This document shows, one piece after another, positions 39,571-50,107 of a DNA stretch of 64,000 bases; the stretch's first letter is position 1; each line of letters opens with the position of its first letter. Location: the NCBI GenBank assembly GCA_046539845.1, contig JBKHGE010000006.1, forward strand, positions 1 to 64,000. Reading direction: 5' to 3'. A program made the translations under genes and the position numbers. The stretch is from Desulfonatronovibrionaceae bacterium (GTDB taxonomy: Bacteria > Desulfobacterota > Desulfovibrionia > Desulfovibrionales > Desulfonatronovibrionaceae). The notes beneath the pieces were generated by a model. The model made no database searches and was not told the DNA's origin. It saw nothing but the letters and a program-made list of their open reading frames with translations.

Positions 39571-40669
39571 ATTCATGCGGGAAGCGGTGGATTTGGCCCG
39601 GCTGGGCAAAGGATACACCGCCCCAAACCCGTGTGTGGGCGCGGTTTTGATCCTAGACAACCGGGTAGTGGCCAGGGGCTGGCACACCGCCTGCGGCCGA
39701 CCTCACGCCGAAGTGGAGGCCATCCGCGACGCCCGGGAAAAAGGCATCAATCCAGGGCGCTGTTCTATGGCAGTCACTCTGGAGCCGTGCAACCACCAGG
39801 GCAAAACCCCGCCGTGCACTCAGGCCATACTGGACAGCGGGATCTCCCGGGTGGTCATCGGGACTCCGGATCCCAATCCGGATGTGGCCGGCGGGGGGAT
39901 GCGCTTTCTGCAGGAAAACGGAGTAAAAACAGAGCTTTTGGACCCGGACGGGATATGCGCCGATCTGATCGCTGATTTCCGGCACTGGCGGGAAAAGGAC
40001 ACCCCGTACATTTATCTCAAGCTGGCCGCCACCCTGGACGGGAAGATAGCCACCAGCAGCGGGGACTCCAAATGGATCACCTGCCAGAGGTCCAGGGAAA
40101 TGGTCCATGACCTGCGCAGCCGGGTGGGCGCGGTTATGGTGGGCGGGAACACCTTTCGCTGCGACAACCCCGGGCTGGACTGCCGTTTGCCCGGCTCTGG
40201 GCAGGAACAGCCCCTGGCGGTGATCGTGACCCGGAATCTTCCCACACCCGGTGAAGAATTCGGTCTCTTGTCCAAGCGGCCGGAGCAAACGTTGTTCTGG
40301 ACCACCTCGGACGGGGCCTGCTCTGAAGAGGCAAACAGACTCATCTCCCTGGGCTGCCGGGTGTGGGGCTTAAGCTCCCGAAGCGCCCGAATCGATCTAA
40401 AAACCGGCCTAAAACGGTTGCGCTCTGAGCTGGATTTACATTATTGCCTGTGCGAAGGGGGAAGCAAGCTGGCCATGAGTCTGGTCCGAAGCGGGCTGGC
40501 CCAGGAATTGTGGTATTTCCAGGCCCCGTGTATCCTCGGGGATACCCGGGGCAAGGCCGCGTTCAGCGGGGAGGATCGTCCGGATATGCAAACCGCGGAC
40601 CGCTTACGCGTGAGCCAGCTGTTTAGAATAGACAGAGATATTTTCATGCGCCTCTTTTTTACGGAGTAA
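39563..40669 (+). CDS. ribD: bifunctional riboflavin deaminase/reductase
   Basis: PNP.VGA, HAE, LEPCNH.GKTPPC, LDGKIA...GDSKWIT and EGG motifs. Confidence 0.96.
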   Translation: MIEFMREAVDLARLGKGYTAPNPCVGAVLILDNRVVARGWHTACGRPHAEVEAIRDAREKGINPGRCSMAVTLEPCNHQGKTPPCTQAILDSGISRVVIGTPDPNPDVAGGGMRFLQENGVKTELLDPDGICADLIADFRHWREKDTPYIYLKLAATLDGKIATSSGDSKWITCQRSREMVHDLRSRVGAVMVGGNTFRCDNPGLDCRLPGSGQEQPLAVIVTRNLPTPGEEFGLLSKRPEQTLFWTTSDGACSEEANRLISLGCRVWGLSSRSARIDLKTGLKRLRSELDLHYCLCEGGSKLAMSLVRSGLAQELWYFQAPCILGDTRGKAAFSGEDRPDMQTADRLRVSQLFRIDRDIFMRLFFTE

Positions 40670-40673
40670 GATC

Positions 40674-41327
40674 ATGTTCACCGGCCTTGTTCAGGGGACA
40701 GGAAAAATAAACCGCTTTGAGCGGCAGGGAAACGAGGCCTGGCTGGGAGTGACCCCTGAGTTCGCCTTCCCCGCCCCTGTCCAGGGGGAAAGCGTGGCTG
40801 TGAACGGGGCCTGCCTCACCCTGGAAACATGCACCCGGGAACTGGTCATGTACGCCTCCGGCGAAACTCTGGGGCTGACCAACCTGGGGGGGCTTTCCCC
40901 CGGGGACTCGGTCAACCTGGAAAGGGCCCTGGCCCTGGGGGACAGATTGGGCGGGCATCTGGTTTCCGGACATGTGGACTGCCTGGCTGTGGTCCGAGAT
41001 CTTCGAGCCGCCGGGCAGTCTAGGATATACCACCTTGAATTCCCGGAAAAATACTCCGGACAAGTCATATCCAAAGGTTCGGTGGCCCTGGACGGGATAA
41101 GCCTGACCGTGAACAGCTGCGGACCAGGCTTTCTGGAGGTAAATATCATCCCGGAGACCCAGAAAGCGACCACTGTATCCTTTTGGAAATCCGGGACAAG
41201 GGTAAACATGGAAACAGACATGATCGGAAAGTATGTCCAGAGCCTGCTTTACCCCTGGGATCCGGGGAAAAAAACACAGACCACATCGGACATCTCCCTG
41301 GACTTTTTGCGCGAACACGGATTCTAA
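40674..41327 (+). CDS. ribE: riboflavin synthase (alpha chain)
   Basis: MFTG, VNGACLT, VNLERAL and GGHLVSGHVD motifs. Confidence 0.96.
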   Translation: MFTGLVQGTGKINRFERQGNEAWLGVTPEFAFPAPVQGESVAVNGACLTLETCTRELVMYASGETLGLTNLGGLSPGDSVNLERALALGDRLGGHLVSGHVDCLAVVRDLRAAGQSRIYHLEFPEKYSGQVISKGSVALDGISLTVNSCGPGFLEVNIIPETQKATTVSFWKSGTRVNMETDMIGKYVQSLLYPWDPGKKTQTTSDISLDFLREHGF

Positions 41328-41414
41328 AAGGCAAATAACCCCAGGGACCGGAAATCAAAACCCAAGATCGGGACATCCGGACTTGGGGATAAAAACAAAA
41401 ACAGGACAAATATC

Positions 41415-42623
41415 ATGCCCATATGCAGCGTAGAAGAAGCGATCGAGGACATCAAAAACGGTCGCATGGTCATACTGGTTGACGACGAGGACCGGGAAAA
41501 CGAGGGCGATTTGACCGTTGCCGCCTCACATATCACCCCGGAAATCATCAATTTTATGGCCAAATACGGCCGGGGGCTGATCTGTCTGGCTCTGGCCCCG
41601 GAAAAAGTAAAACAGTTGGATCTACCCATGATGACCCAGAGAAATACCTCCAGGTTCGGTACCGCGTTCACTGTGTCCATAGAGGCGGCCGAAGGTGTAA
41701 CCACGGGCATTTCCGCTGCCGACCGGGCCCAGACTATCCAGACCGCGGTCTGCGAAAACGCCGTGCCCGAGGACCTTGCCACTCCGGGACATGTCTTCCC
41801 TTTACGCGCCCGCAGCGGGGGCTGTTTGGTCCGGGCCGGACAGACCGAGGGCAGCGTTGACCTGGCCCGTCTGGCCGGACTGACCCCGGCGGCGGTGATC
41901 TGCGAAATCATGCGCGACGACGGCCAAATGGCCCGTCTGCCGGATCTGGAAGAATTCGCGGCCCAGCATGACCTTAAGATCTGTACCATAGAGAATCTCA
42001 TTCGCTACCGGTCCAGATTCGATTCTTTGGTATACGAAGTGGCTCGGGCCAAGCTACCCACCAGGTACGGCACCTTTGAGGCCGTGGCCTTTGAGAGTGA
42101 TATCGACGATTATACCCACCTGGCCCTGGTCAAGGGAGAGTGGGACCGGGAGGAGCCGGTCATGGTCCGGGTGCATTCGCAGTGCCTGACCGGTGACATC
42201 TTCGGCTCCTTGCGCTGCGACTGCGGCAATCAGCTACAGTGCGCTATGCAAATGGTCGAGGAGGAAGGCAAGGGAGTCATTTTGTACATGCGCCAGGAAG
42301 GCCGAGGCATAGGCCTGGGGAACAAGATCCGGGCATACGCCTTGCAGGACCAGGGCCGGGACACGGTAGAGGCCAATCTGGAGCTAGGCTTTGCCCCGGA
42401 TCTTCGAGACTACGGAATCGGGGCCCAGATCCTGGTCAATCTAGGTGTGGGCCGGATGCGGATCATGACCAACAATCCGAAAAAAATCATCGGCCTGGAG
42501 GGATACGGCCTGGAGGTGGTGGACCGCGTGCCTTTGGAATGCCCGGTATGCGAAGAAAACCTCTGCTATCTGCGCACCAAACGGGACAAAATGGGGCACC
42601 TGTTGCAGATGAAACAGGACTAG
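41415..42623 (+). CDS. ribBA: DHBP synthase / GTP cyclohydrolase II
   Basis: [26 protein letters not shown] and QEGRGIG motifs. Confidence 0.97.
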   Translation: MPICSVEEAIEDIKNGRMVILVDDEDRENEGDLTVAASHITPEIINFMAKYGRGLICLALAPEKVKQLDLPMMTQRNTSRFGTAFTVSIEAAEGVTTGISAADRAQTIQTAVCENAVPEDLATPGHVFPLRARSGGCLVRAGQTEGSVDLARLAGLTPAAVICEIMRDDGQMARLPDLEEFAAQHDLKICTIENLIRYRSRFDSLVYEVARAKLPTRYGTFEAVAFESDIDDYTHLALVKGEWDREEPVMVRVHSQCLTGDIFGSLRCDCGNQLQCAMQMVEEEGKGVILYMRQEGRGIGLGNKIRAYALQDQGRDTVEANLELGFAPDLRDYGIGAQILVNLGVGRMRIMTNNPKKIIGLEGYGLEVVDRVPLECPVCEENLCYLRTKRDKMGHLLQMKQD

Positions 42624-42698
42624 GCCCGGGCAAGAACGATAATGCGTCTACAACAATTTTAATGCCCTGCGGGGCGGAGATCAATCCGGAGAAGAGCT

Positions 42699-43169
42699 AT
42701 GAACGGCATAAAAACGATCGAGGGACGCCTGGATGCGAGCGGGCTCAAGTTCGCCCTGGTAGCCGGAAGGTTCAACGATTTCATTGTAGACAGACTCATC
42801 AGCGGGGCGGTGGATTACTTGATCCGGCACGGGGCGCAGAAGCAGGATCTGATGCTGCTTAGGGTCCCGGGGGCGTTTGAGATCCCGCTGCTGGCCAAAA
42901 AACTGGCCGTGAAGAACGAATACCACGGAATAGTCTGCCTGGGGGCCATAATCCGCGGCTCCACCCCTCATTTCGACTATGTAGCCAGCGAAGCGGCCAA
43001 AGGCGTGGCCCACGTTTCCCTGGACACCGGGACCCCGATCGGTTTCGGCATCCTGACCGCCGACACCCTGGAACAGAGTATAGAAAGGGCTGGAAGCAAG
43101 GCCGGGAACAAGGGTGTGGAGGCAGCAGCTGCAGTCCTGGAGACAGTCCGGGTATTGGCCGAGATCTGA
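42699..43169 (+). CDS. ribH: 6,7-dimethyl-8-ribityllumazine synthase
   Basis: [25 protein letters not shown] and NKG motifs. Confidence 0.97.
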   Translation: MNGIKTIEGRLDASGLKFALVAGRFNDFIVDRLISGAVDYLIRHGAQKQDLMLLRVPGAFEIPLLAKKLAVKNEYHGIVCLGAIIRGSTPHFDYVASEAAKGVAHVSLDTGTPIGFGILTADTLEQSIERAGSKAGNKGVEAAAAVLETVRVLAEI

Positions 43170-43183
43170 GGCGCGGCCTGTAG

Positions 43184-43675
43184 ATGGACACAACCGCAAG
43201 GGATCAAAGCAAAGGCCGGGCACGTCCGGCAGGCAGGCGGGAGCAAAGGCTGTTTGCCTTCAAGATCTTGTATTCGCTGCCTTTCTGCCCAGAAAGACAG
43301 CCGGAAGACGTGCTGGCCACTTTTGACAGCTTTGCGCTGGAGCACCGCGTGGGCGCAGGAGATGAAAAGGGCTTCGCCTGGATCCTGGTAAACGGAGTGG
43401 TCGAACACCTGGACAAGATCGATGAGGTTATCGGGCGCTATTCCCGCAACTGGAAGCTGGATCGGATCGCCCGGGTGGAGCTGGCCATTATGCGGCTGGC
43501 GGTCTTTGAAATACTTTGCCAGCACGACATCCCGGCCAAGGTGACCATGAACGAGGCGGTGGAAATCGCCAAGCAATTCGGGGACGAGCACTCCAAAAAT
43601 TTCATAAACGGCATCCTCGACGCCGTGGCCAAGGACGCGGAAAATGGTAAACTTGGGCCTTGCCCGCAGAATTGA
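43184..43675 (+). CDS. nusB: transcription antitermination factor
   Basis: W.LDRI..VE.AI.RLA and NEAVEIAK.FG...S..FINGILD motifs. Confidence 0.95.
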   Translation: MDTTARDQSKGRARPAGRREQRLFAFKILYSLPFCPERQPEDVLATFDSFALEHRVGAGDEKGFAWILVNGVVEHLDKIDEVIGRYSRNWKLDRIARVELAIMRLAVFEILCQHDIPAKVTMNEAVEIAKQFGDEHSKNFINGILDAVAKDAENGKLGPCPQN

Positions 43676-44150
43676 CGTAATCGAGTTGGGCCTCCCTTTG
43701 GTGGTCTTTGCGCACGAAGAAGAGCCACACGAGCCGGTGCTGCGCTCCTGGCCCTACGGCGAGAGGCAGCTGTGGGAGCTGGAAATCACAACCACCCCAC
43801 ACGGTAATTGGCCCCGGGAACTGGCCTCCTGTCTGCGCAAAATGCGCTGGGAGAGATGGGCCCTGGATACTGCCTCTGCCGCCGGACCTTCCGGTCCGGA
43901 CACCGCATCCGCTTTGGCCGCCTGGGGCGACAGTTTCTGGCCCGACTACCGCGAGGATGCTGTAGTCTATCTTTTGTTCGCGGAAAACAGTATTTCGACC
44001 CTGGAAATCGCCCGGGCCTGGGACCGCAGCTACACCCATGTCTGTTTCCGGTCCAAGTACGACCTGACCGACCGTCCGATCCGGGAAAAACAGCCCACCC
44101 CACGCGGACGGCTGCACCGGATCCGAAAAAAGATCATCGGCCGGGGATGA
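43644..44150 (+). CDS. hypothetical protein (Trp-rich, unrecognised)
   Basis: Fills the nusB-leuS gap on the operon strand, with codon usage like its neighbours by eye. No family recognised. Confidence 0.65.
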   Translation: MVNLGLARRIDVIELGLPLVVFAHEEEPHEPVLRSWPYGERQLWELEITTTPHGNWPRELASCLRKMRWERWALDTASAAGPSGPDTASALAAWGDSFWPDYREDAVVYLLFAENSISTLEIARAWDRSYTHVCFRSKYDLTDRPIREKQPTPRGRLHRIRKKIIGRG

Positions 44151-44211
44151 AGGGGTAAGACACAATCTTGGACAATCAGGAAACAGCACGCACCTTCGAA
44201 CGGAGAGACAA

Positions 44212-46710
44212 ATGCCTGGTACTGAATACGCACCCCTGGACATAGAGGCCAAATGGCAGAAAAGGTGGCAAGAAAAAAAGGTCTTTGAGGTCACCCATGA
44301 AAGCGACCGGCCCAAGTACTACGTCCTGGAGATGTTCCCCTATCCCTCGGGACGCATACATATGGGGCACGTGCGCAACTACACCATAGGCGATGTGGTG
44401 GCCAGGTACAAGATGATGCGCGGCCACAACGTGCTGCATCCCATGGGCTGGGACGCATTCGGACTGCCGGCGGAAAACGCGGCCATAAAGAACAAGTCCC
44501 ACCCGGCAAAATGGACGTACCAGAATATCGAGTATATGCGCGAGGAACTGAAAAGGCTCGGATATTCCTATGATTGGACGCGGGAGCTGGCCACCTGCCA
44601 CCCTGGCTACTACAAATGGGAGCAACTGTTCTTTTTGCACATGCTGGACAAGGGGCTCATCTATCGCAAAAAGGCCCCGGTGAACTGGTGCCCAGAATGC
44701 AACACCGTTCTGGCCAACGAACAGGTGGAAGAAGGCCGGTGCTGGCGTTGTGATTCCATGGTGGAGCAGCGCGAGCTCTCCCAATGGTTCGTGCGCATAA
44801 CCGCCTATGCAGATGAGCTTTTGGACTGCCTGGACAGGCTGTCTTCCGGATGGCCGGAACGAGTCATCGCCATGCAGCACAATTGGATCGGCAAGAGTCA
44901 GGGCATGGAGATCAGCTTTCAGGTCCCGGACCTCGGGGAAGACATCACCGTGTTCACTACTAGGCAGGACACCCTGTACGGGGCCACATTCATGAGCCTC
45001 GCCCCGGAGCATCCGCTGGTAAAACGGCTTGTCCCCGGGAGCGGACAAGAGGCCGAGGTCCGGGAGTTTGTATCCCGGGTGGCCGCCATGGACAAGCATG
45101 TTCGCACAGACGAGGGCCAGGAAAAAGAAGGGGTCTTTACCGGGCGCTACTGCCTGAACCCGGTCACCGGGGAAAAAATGCCCATCTATGTGGCCAATTT
45201 CGTTTTGATGGAATACGGGACCGGGGCGGTAATGGCCGTACCTGCCCACGACCAGCGGGATCTGGACTTTGCCCGCAAATACAACCTACCGGTCAGAAAG
45301 GTGATCTCCCCGGAAGGAGACGACACCCTCCAGGACCCGGAACAGGCGTATACTGAAGCCGGGATCATGGTTAACTCCGGGCAGTTCACCGGAACAGACA
45401 GTGAAACCGGGAAAGAAAAAATCGCGGAATTTCTGGAAAGCCGGGACCTGGGCAGACGGACGGTAAACTACCGCCTTAGGGACTGGAACATCTCCAGGCA
45501 GCGCTTCTGGGGGGCCCCAATCCCGGTCGTCTACTGTCCGAAGTGCGGGACCGTGCCCGTGCCCGAACAGGACCTCCCGGTCATCCTGCCCGAGGACGCC
45601 AGAATGCGTCCGGACGGCCGCTCCCCCCTCCCGGACATGGAGGATTTCTTCAAATGCCAGTGCCCGGCCTGCGGCGGACCGGCCGAGCGGGAGACCGATA
45701 CCATGGACACCTTTGTTGAATCCTCCTGGTATTTTGTCCGCTACACCTGCCCCAGGCTCGAGGACCAGCCGTTTGATCCGGAGGCGGCGCAATACTGGCT
45801 GCCCGTGGATCAATATATAGGGGGCATAGAACACGCCATCCTGCACCTCCTCTATTCCCGGTTTTTTATCAAGGCGTTACGGGACATGGATTTTCTGCCC
45901 GAACTGCACGAGCCCTTCCACAATCTGCTGACCCAGGGCATGGTCCTCAAGGACGGGGCCAAAATGTCCAAATCCAAAGGCAATGTGGTCGATCCGGATA
46001 CCATGATCAGCCATTACGGCGCGGACACGGTCCGCTTATTCTGCTTGTTCGCCGCCCCTCCGGAGAGGGATATGGAGTGGAGTGAGTCCGGCATCGAGGG
46101 TTCGAGTCGCTTTTTGCACCGGGTATGGCGCCTGATTTGGGACTTAAAAAAAGATCTCCAGCCGGTTGGCCCTTGCGCCGATCTTGCGGCAATCGAACTA
46201 GGGGAAAAGGACAAGGAGCTGCGCCGCAAGGAGCATCAGACCGTGGACAAGGTCACCCGAGATATTGAGAACCGCTACCAGTTCAACACGGCCATTGCCG
46301 CGGTAATGGAGCTGACCAATGCCATGTACACGCTCAAGGACGAACTCCGAGAAAACGACTCCGGGAGAAAGGTTTTGTCTTCCGCAGTCGGGACAGTCCT
46401 GACCGTGCTCTCGCCCATGGCCCCGCATATCTGCGAGGAGCTCTGGGAGCTGACCGGACACTCCCCTTCCCTGGCGGAAACCGCTTGGCCGCAAGCAGAC
46501 CCGGAAGCAATGACCCGGGAGGATGTCTTGGTGGTAGTCCAGGTGAACGGCAAGCTGCGCAGCCGCATCTCCGTTTCCAGGGAGGCTTCACAGCAGGAAA
46601 TGGAAAAAATGGCCCTGGAGGATGAAAACGTACAAAAGCACATCCAGGACAAGACCGTGCGCAAGGTGATCGTTGTCCCCGGCAAACTGGTAAACGTGGT
46701 GGCCGCCTGA
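44212..46710 (+). CDS. leuS: leucine--tRNA ligase
   Basis: [31 protein letters not shown] and VQVNGKLR motifs. Confidence 0.98.
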   Translation: MPGTEYAPLDIEAKWQKRWQEKKVFEVTHESDRPKYYVLEMFPYPSGRIHMGHVRNYTIGDVVARYKMMRGHNVLHPMGWDAFGLPAENAAIKNKSHPAKWTYQNIEYMREELKRLGYSYDWTRELATCHPGYYKWEQLFFLHMLDKGLIYRKKAPVNWCPECNTVLANEQVEEGRCWRCDSMVEQRELSQWFVRITAYADELLDCLDRLSSGWPERVIAMQHNWIGKSQGMEISFQVPDLGEDITVFTTRQDTLYGATFMSLAPEHPLVKRLVPGSGQEAEVREFVSRVAAMDKHVRTDEGQEKEGVFTGRYCLNPVTGEKMPIYVANFVLMEYGTGAVMAVPAHDQRDLDFARKYNLPVRKVISPEGDDTLQDPEQAYTEAGIMVNSGQFTGTDSETGKEKIAEFLESRDLGRRTVNYRLRDWNISRQRFWGAPIPVVYCPKCGTVPVPEQDLPVILPEDARMRPDGRSPLPDMEDFFKCQCPACGGPAERETDTMDTFVESSWYFVRYTCPRLEDQPFDPEAAQYWLPVDQYIGGIEHAILHLLYSRFFIKALRDMDFLPELHEPFHNLLTQGMVLKDGAKMSKSKGNVVDPDTMISHYGADTVRLFCLFAAPPERDMEWSESGIEGSSRFLHRVWRLIWDLKKDLQPVGPCADLAAIELGEKDKELRRKEHQTVDKVTRDIENRYQFNTAIAAVMELTNAMYTLKDELRENDSGRKVLSSAVGTVLTVLSPMAPHICEELWELTGHSPSLAETAWPQADPEAMTREDVLVVVQVNGKLRSRISVSREASQQEMEKMALEDENVQKHIQDKTVRKVIVVPGKLVNVVAA

Positions 46711-46712
46711 AC

Positions 46713-47216
46713 ATGTACCGCTTTAGTCTGTATCTGCTTTTGCTTCTGGCCTGTGTCCTTTCCGGGGTCGGGTGCGGATATCACTTCAGCTCCACATCCC
46801 CTATAACTATTCCCCGGAACCAGAGCAGGCTCTACCTCTCCCGTGTGGATAACCCCACTCAGCAGGGCTGGCTCAGCCCGTATGTTCGAAGCACACTCAG
46901 GGATGAGCTTGCCCGGCGAGGACAGGTCTCCTGGGTGGATCGGGACCAAGCAGAGACCCTGGTCCGAGTGGAAGTGCGTGATTTCTCCTCCTCGGACTCG
47001 GTCAAGGCCGAGGAGGACAAATCAGTCAAATTCAGCGCCCGGATCACCCTGCGGGTGCTCATGTCCAACGCTACTGACGGCAGTCCTTTGTGGAATTCCG
47101 GATGGGTCTCCGGGTCCGAATCCTTTTACGCCGAGGGCGAGAAAAGAACCGCCGGTCAAAAAGCGGTTGACGAGGCCCTGCGCCGGGCTGCGGACGGACT
47201 GGGCAAGCAATTCTGA
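46713..47216 (+). CDS. lptE: LPS assembly lipoprotein LptE
   Basis: Lipobox (GVG-CGYHF) and the conserved position directly after leuS. Confidence 0.8.
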   Translation: MYRFSLYLLLLLACVLSGVGCGYHFSSTSPITIPRNQSRLYLSRVDNPTQQGWLSPYVRSTLRDELARRGQVSWVDRDQAETLVRVEVRDFSSSDSVKAEEDKSVKFSARITLRVLMSNATDGSPLWNSGWVSGSESFYAEGEKRTAGQKAVDEALRRAADGLGKQF

Positions 47217-47313
47217 GGTTTCGGGCCAACTTGCGGGCTTTTGGTTGCCTGCATATCCCCTCCACCCGCCCCCTGGTTCGACCGGGGCAAAAAACCGAGC
47301 TTAAACGCCGGGT

Positions 47314-47334
47314 GCGGCCCGGAGGCCGCTTTTT
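47314..47334 (+). terminator. Rho-independent terminator candidate
   Basis: GCGGCC-cgga-GGCCGC-TTTTT downstream of lptE. Confidence 0.6.
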
Positions 47335-47489
47335 CCGTAGCTAAGTGTTGAAAAGATTAATGTCGGCCTAAAGGGACCAAACCAGGTCCAAACACAATCG
47401 GCCACAGCTAACATTTTGATTTTTTTTCTTCTCTGCCATTTTGCGATTTCAACTACCCGCAAAATACTTTTTCCTCCCTTTTACTTCCT

Positions 47490-47534
47490 TTGACACCTGG
47501 AAGAGGTTCTGCTAGCAAAAATGACCACTGGTCA
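47490..47534 (+). promoter_or_regulatory. sigma70 promoter with overlapping palindromic TetR operator candidate
   Basis: TTGACA-N17-TAGCAA with an extended TG, followed by TGACCA-C-TGGTCA (47522-47534) over the predicted start site. Confidence 0.65.
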
Positions 47535-47555
47535 GAAAATGTCCACAGGTACAAA

Positions 47556-48197
47556 ATGACTCAAAAGCAAAAGGAGAAATCCAGACAGACCAGACAGGAG
47601 CTGATGGAAGCAGCCTACTCCCTTTTCAAGGAGAACGGATACCTGGACACAAGCGTGGCTGAAATCACGGCCCGGGCCGGATACGCCAAAGGCAACTTCT
47701 ACCGGCATTGGAAGAGCAAGGATGAGCTGTTCCTGGATATCATGGCCGAGCGCCTGCGCCATTACCGCGCCCTGAGAGAGCCTGCTCTGGCCAAGGCCCG
47801 TAATATCGAGGATGTGGTCCATGTGGTGATCTCCTTTCTGGAGACCATGGTCGATGACCAGGGCTGGTATAAGGTTTTTCTGGAATTCACAGTGCACTCC
47901 TTCGGAGATCCGGAAATCAAAAAAAGGCTGAACCAGAGCACCTACCGCTTGTCCACCGGGTTGTTCGCGGAGCTCTTCGCCCCGTTTGTTCCCGACCGAC
48001 AGGGGACCGAAAAGCTCGGGGCTCTGGTCACCGCCCTGTTTGAAGGTTTTTTGATCCACCAGGCCCTGGAGACCAGGGTCCTGGACAAGGAGGACCTACG
48101 CGAGGCCCTTATGGTCTTGTCCCGCAGCTTTCTACCCGGGTTGGGTAAAGAGACTGGAAAAGATCATAAACAATCAACTGCAAGGGGGAAGACATGA
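47556..48197 (+). CDS. TetR/AcrR family transcriptional regulator
   Basis: TRQELMEAA..LF...GY..TSV.EI..AG..KG.FY.HW.SKDELF motif. Confidence 0.93.
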   Translation: MTQKQKEKSRQTRQELMEAAYSLFKENGYLDTSVAEITARAGYAKGNFYRHWKSKDELFLDIMAERLRHYRALREPALAKARNIEDVVHVVISFLETMVDDQGWYKVFLEFTVHSFGDPEIKKRLNQSTYRLSTGLFAELFAPFVPDRQGTEKLGALVTALFEGFLIHQALETRVLDKEDLREALMVLSRSFLPGLGKETGKDHKQSTARGKT

Positions 48198-48334
48198 TGA
48201 TCGGATTGGGCAGCCTACAGAGCGCGCTTGCCTTCTGGCTGTGCATAGCCGCGGCAGGGCTGTGCGTAATCTATGGGATATGCAAATGGAATACTGAAGG
48301 CCCTGCGGACAGAAGGGACCGGGAGGAGAAATAA
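48194..48334 (+). CDS. symporter small accessory protein, 46 aa (absent from ORF track)
   Basis: MMIGLGSLQSALAFWLCIAAAGLCVIYGICKWN... has one TM and the LCVIYG..WN motif typical of small genes preceding SSS symporters. ATGA overlap with tetR and a GGGGGAA RBS. Confidence 0.8.
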   Translation: MMIGLGSLQSALAFWLCIAAAGLCVIYGICKWNTEGPADRRDREEK

Positions 48335-48380
48335 TTTAAGGCGCGCGGCCGAACCGCGGAACAGATAAAAAGGGGGAAAG

Positions 48381-50015
48381 ATGCTGACCAAAATAGTGGT
48401 GATGCTCGCCTACATTGGGGTCATAGGCTACCTGGGCTACAAGGGCTGGAAAGAGACCGTCCTAGCCAGAGACTATCTGGTGGCTGGCCGGAAGATGCAC
48501 CCGTTTATCATGGCCTTTTCCTACGGGGCCACGTTTATCTCCACCTCGGCCATAATCGGCTTCGGCGGGGCGGCCGGTATGTTCGGGTTCCCCTTGCTGT
48601 GGCTCACCTTCGCCAATATATTCGTGGGCATATTCATCGCCATGGTCTTTTTCGGCAAAAGGACCCGGCGGATGGGGGTCGCCCTACAAAGCCTGACCTT
48701 CCCCGAGCTGATCGGCCGGCGCTATCAGTCCGGCTTCATGCAGGGCTTTGCCGGTGCGGTCATCTTTTTGTTCATTCCTGTTTATTCCGCAGCCGTGCTA
48801 ATCGGCATCTCCAGGATCATTGAGATATCCCTGCACATCCCGTATAATTTGGTCCTTATCTTGGTCACTGTCATTTTGACCGCCTATGTTATCACCGGTG
48901 GCCTCAAGGCGGTCATGTACACGGACGCCTTCCAGGGCTGCATTATGTTCGTGATGATGCTCATCCTCCTTATCTACACCTACAATGCCCTGGGCGGAGT
49001 GGTCGAGGCCCACCAATCCCTTACGGACATGGCCCCGCTAATGCCGGAGAAACTTAAAAAAGGCGGTCTGCTCGGCTGGACCCAGGGGGCGAAATTCGGC
49101 ACCCCCCTGTGGCTGGTGATATACACCACCATTGTCTACGGCGTGGGCATCGGAGTCCTCGCCCAACCCCAGCTGGCGGTACGCTTTATGACCGTGGCCT
49201 CGGACAAGAGCCTGCACCGGGCGGTACTCTTCGGGGGCATATTTATCCTGTTTATGACCGGGACCGCTTTTGTGGTCGGGGCCCTGTCCAACGCGGTCTT
49301 TTACGACGGCTTCGGCAAAATCGGGATAGCCATGGCCAAGGGCAATGTAGACAAGATAATCCCCGTATATATTGAAGAAATAATGCCTGCCTGGTTCGCT
49401 GCCCTGTTTTTGGTGGCCATGTTTGCGGCCGCCATGTCCACTCTGTCCTCGCAGTATCACGTCGGCGGGACCTCTCTGGGCCGGGATCTGTTTGAAAAGG
49501 GGCTGCAGGCCTCAAAACGCAGTTCCATCACCCTCAGCCGGGCCGGCGTCTTTCTGACCATCATAGCTACCCTGATCTGGGCTTGGGTCCTTCCGGAATC
49601 GATCATCGCCCGGGCCACCGCGTTTTTCTTCGGACTCTGCGCGGCTGCGTTTCTGCCGGCCTTTGTCTGCGGACTGTACTGGAAGGGCACGACCCGAGCC
49701 GGGGCAATCAGTTCCATGGTCGGGGGGTTTGTCGTATCCATGTTCTGTCTTTTATTTATCCACGAGAAGGAGGCCGCAGCCATCGGGCTGTGTGAACAAC
49801 TGTTCGGCCAGCCCACCCTGGTCTCCTCGGCAGAGCACGGGACCTGGGTTTGGCTTATGCAATGGGTAGACCCGAATGTGATCGCCCTACCCGTATCCTT
49901 TATCATTATCCTGGCGGTTAGCCTGTTTACTGCAAAATTCAGCCCGGAACATATTAGCCGCTGCTGGAGCAATTTTGTCTCTCACAAAGACAGCCCGACC
50001 AAACAGTCCGCTTAA
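48381..50015 (+). CDS. sodium:solute symporter family protein
   Basis: DYLVAGR, SYGATFISTSAIIGFGG, GGLKAVMYTD..QG, QPQL.VRFM and AAMSTLSS motifs. Confidence 0.93.
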   Translation: MLTKIVVMLAYIGVIGYLGYKGWKETVLARDYLVAGRKMHPFIMAFSYGATFISTSAIIGFGGAAGMFGFPLLWLTFANIFVGIFIAMVFFGKRTRRMGVALQSLTFPELIGRRYQSGFMQGFAGAVIFLFIPVYSAAVLIGISRIIEISLHIPYNLVLILVTVILTAYVITGGLKAVMYTDAFQGCIMFVMMLILLIYTYNALGGVVEAHQSLTDMAPLMPEKLKKGGLLGWTQGAKFGTPLWLVIYTTIVYGVGIGVLAQPQLAVRFMTVASDKSLHRAVLFGGIFILFMTGTAFVVGALSNAVFYDGFGKIGIAMAKGNVDKIIPVYIEEIMPAWFAALFLVAMFAAAMSTLSSQYHVGGTSLGRDLFEKGLQASKRSSITLSRAGVFLTIIATLIWAWVLPESIIARATAFFFGLCAAAFLPAFVCGLYWKGTTRAGAISSMVGGFVVSMFCLLFIHEKEAAAIGLCEQLFGQPTLVSSAEHGTWVWLMQWVDPNVIALPVSFIIILAVSLFTAKFSPEHISRCWSNFVSHKDSPTKQSA

Positions 50016-50107
50016 ATAACCGGAGGCGGGAAGAAGTCCGGATTCCGGAACCGGAGGATTCCTTGTAAAAAAGGCTGCTTTGACCTACACTCCAGGCCGG
50101 AGCGCAA

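Noticed and set aside
41328..41414. FMN riboswitch in the rib operon
   Set aside because: Only a simple hairpin in 87 nt; RFN consensus absent.
44176..45249. 357-aa minus-strand ORF, and similar long antisense ORFs at 9712-10776, 24517-25428, 35374-36243 and 5457-6371
   Set aside because: All lie opposite well-supported genes and lack family signatures.
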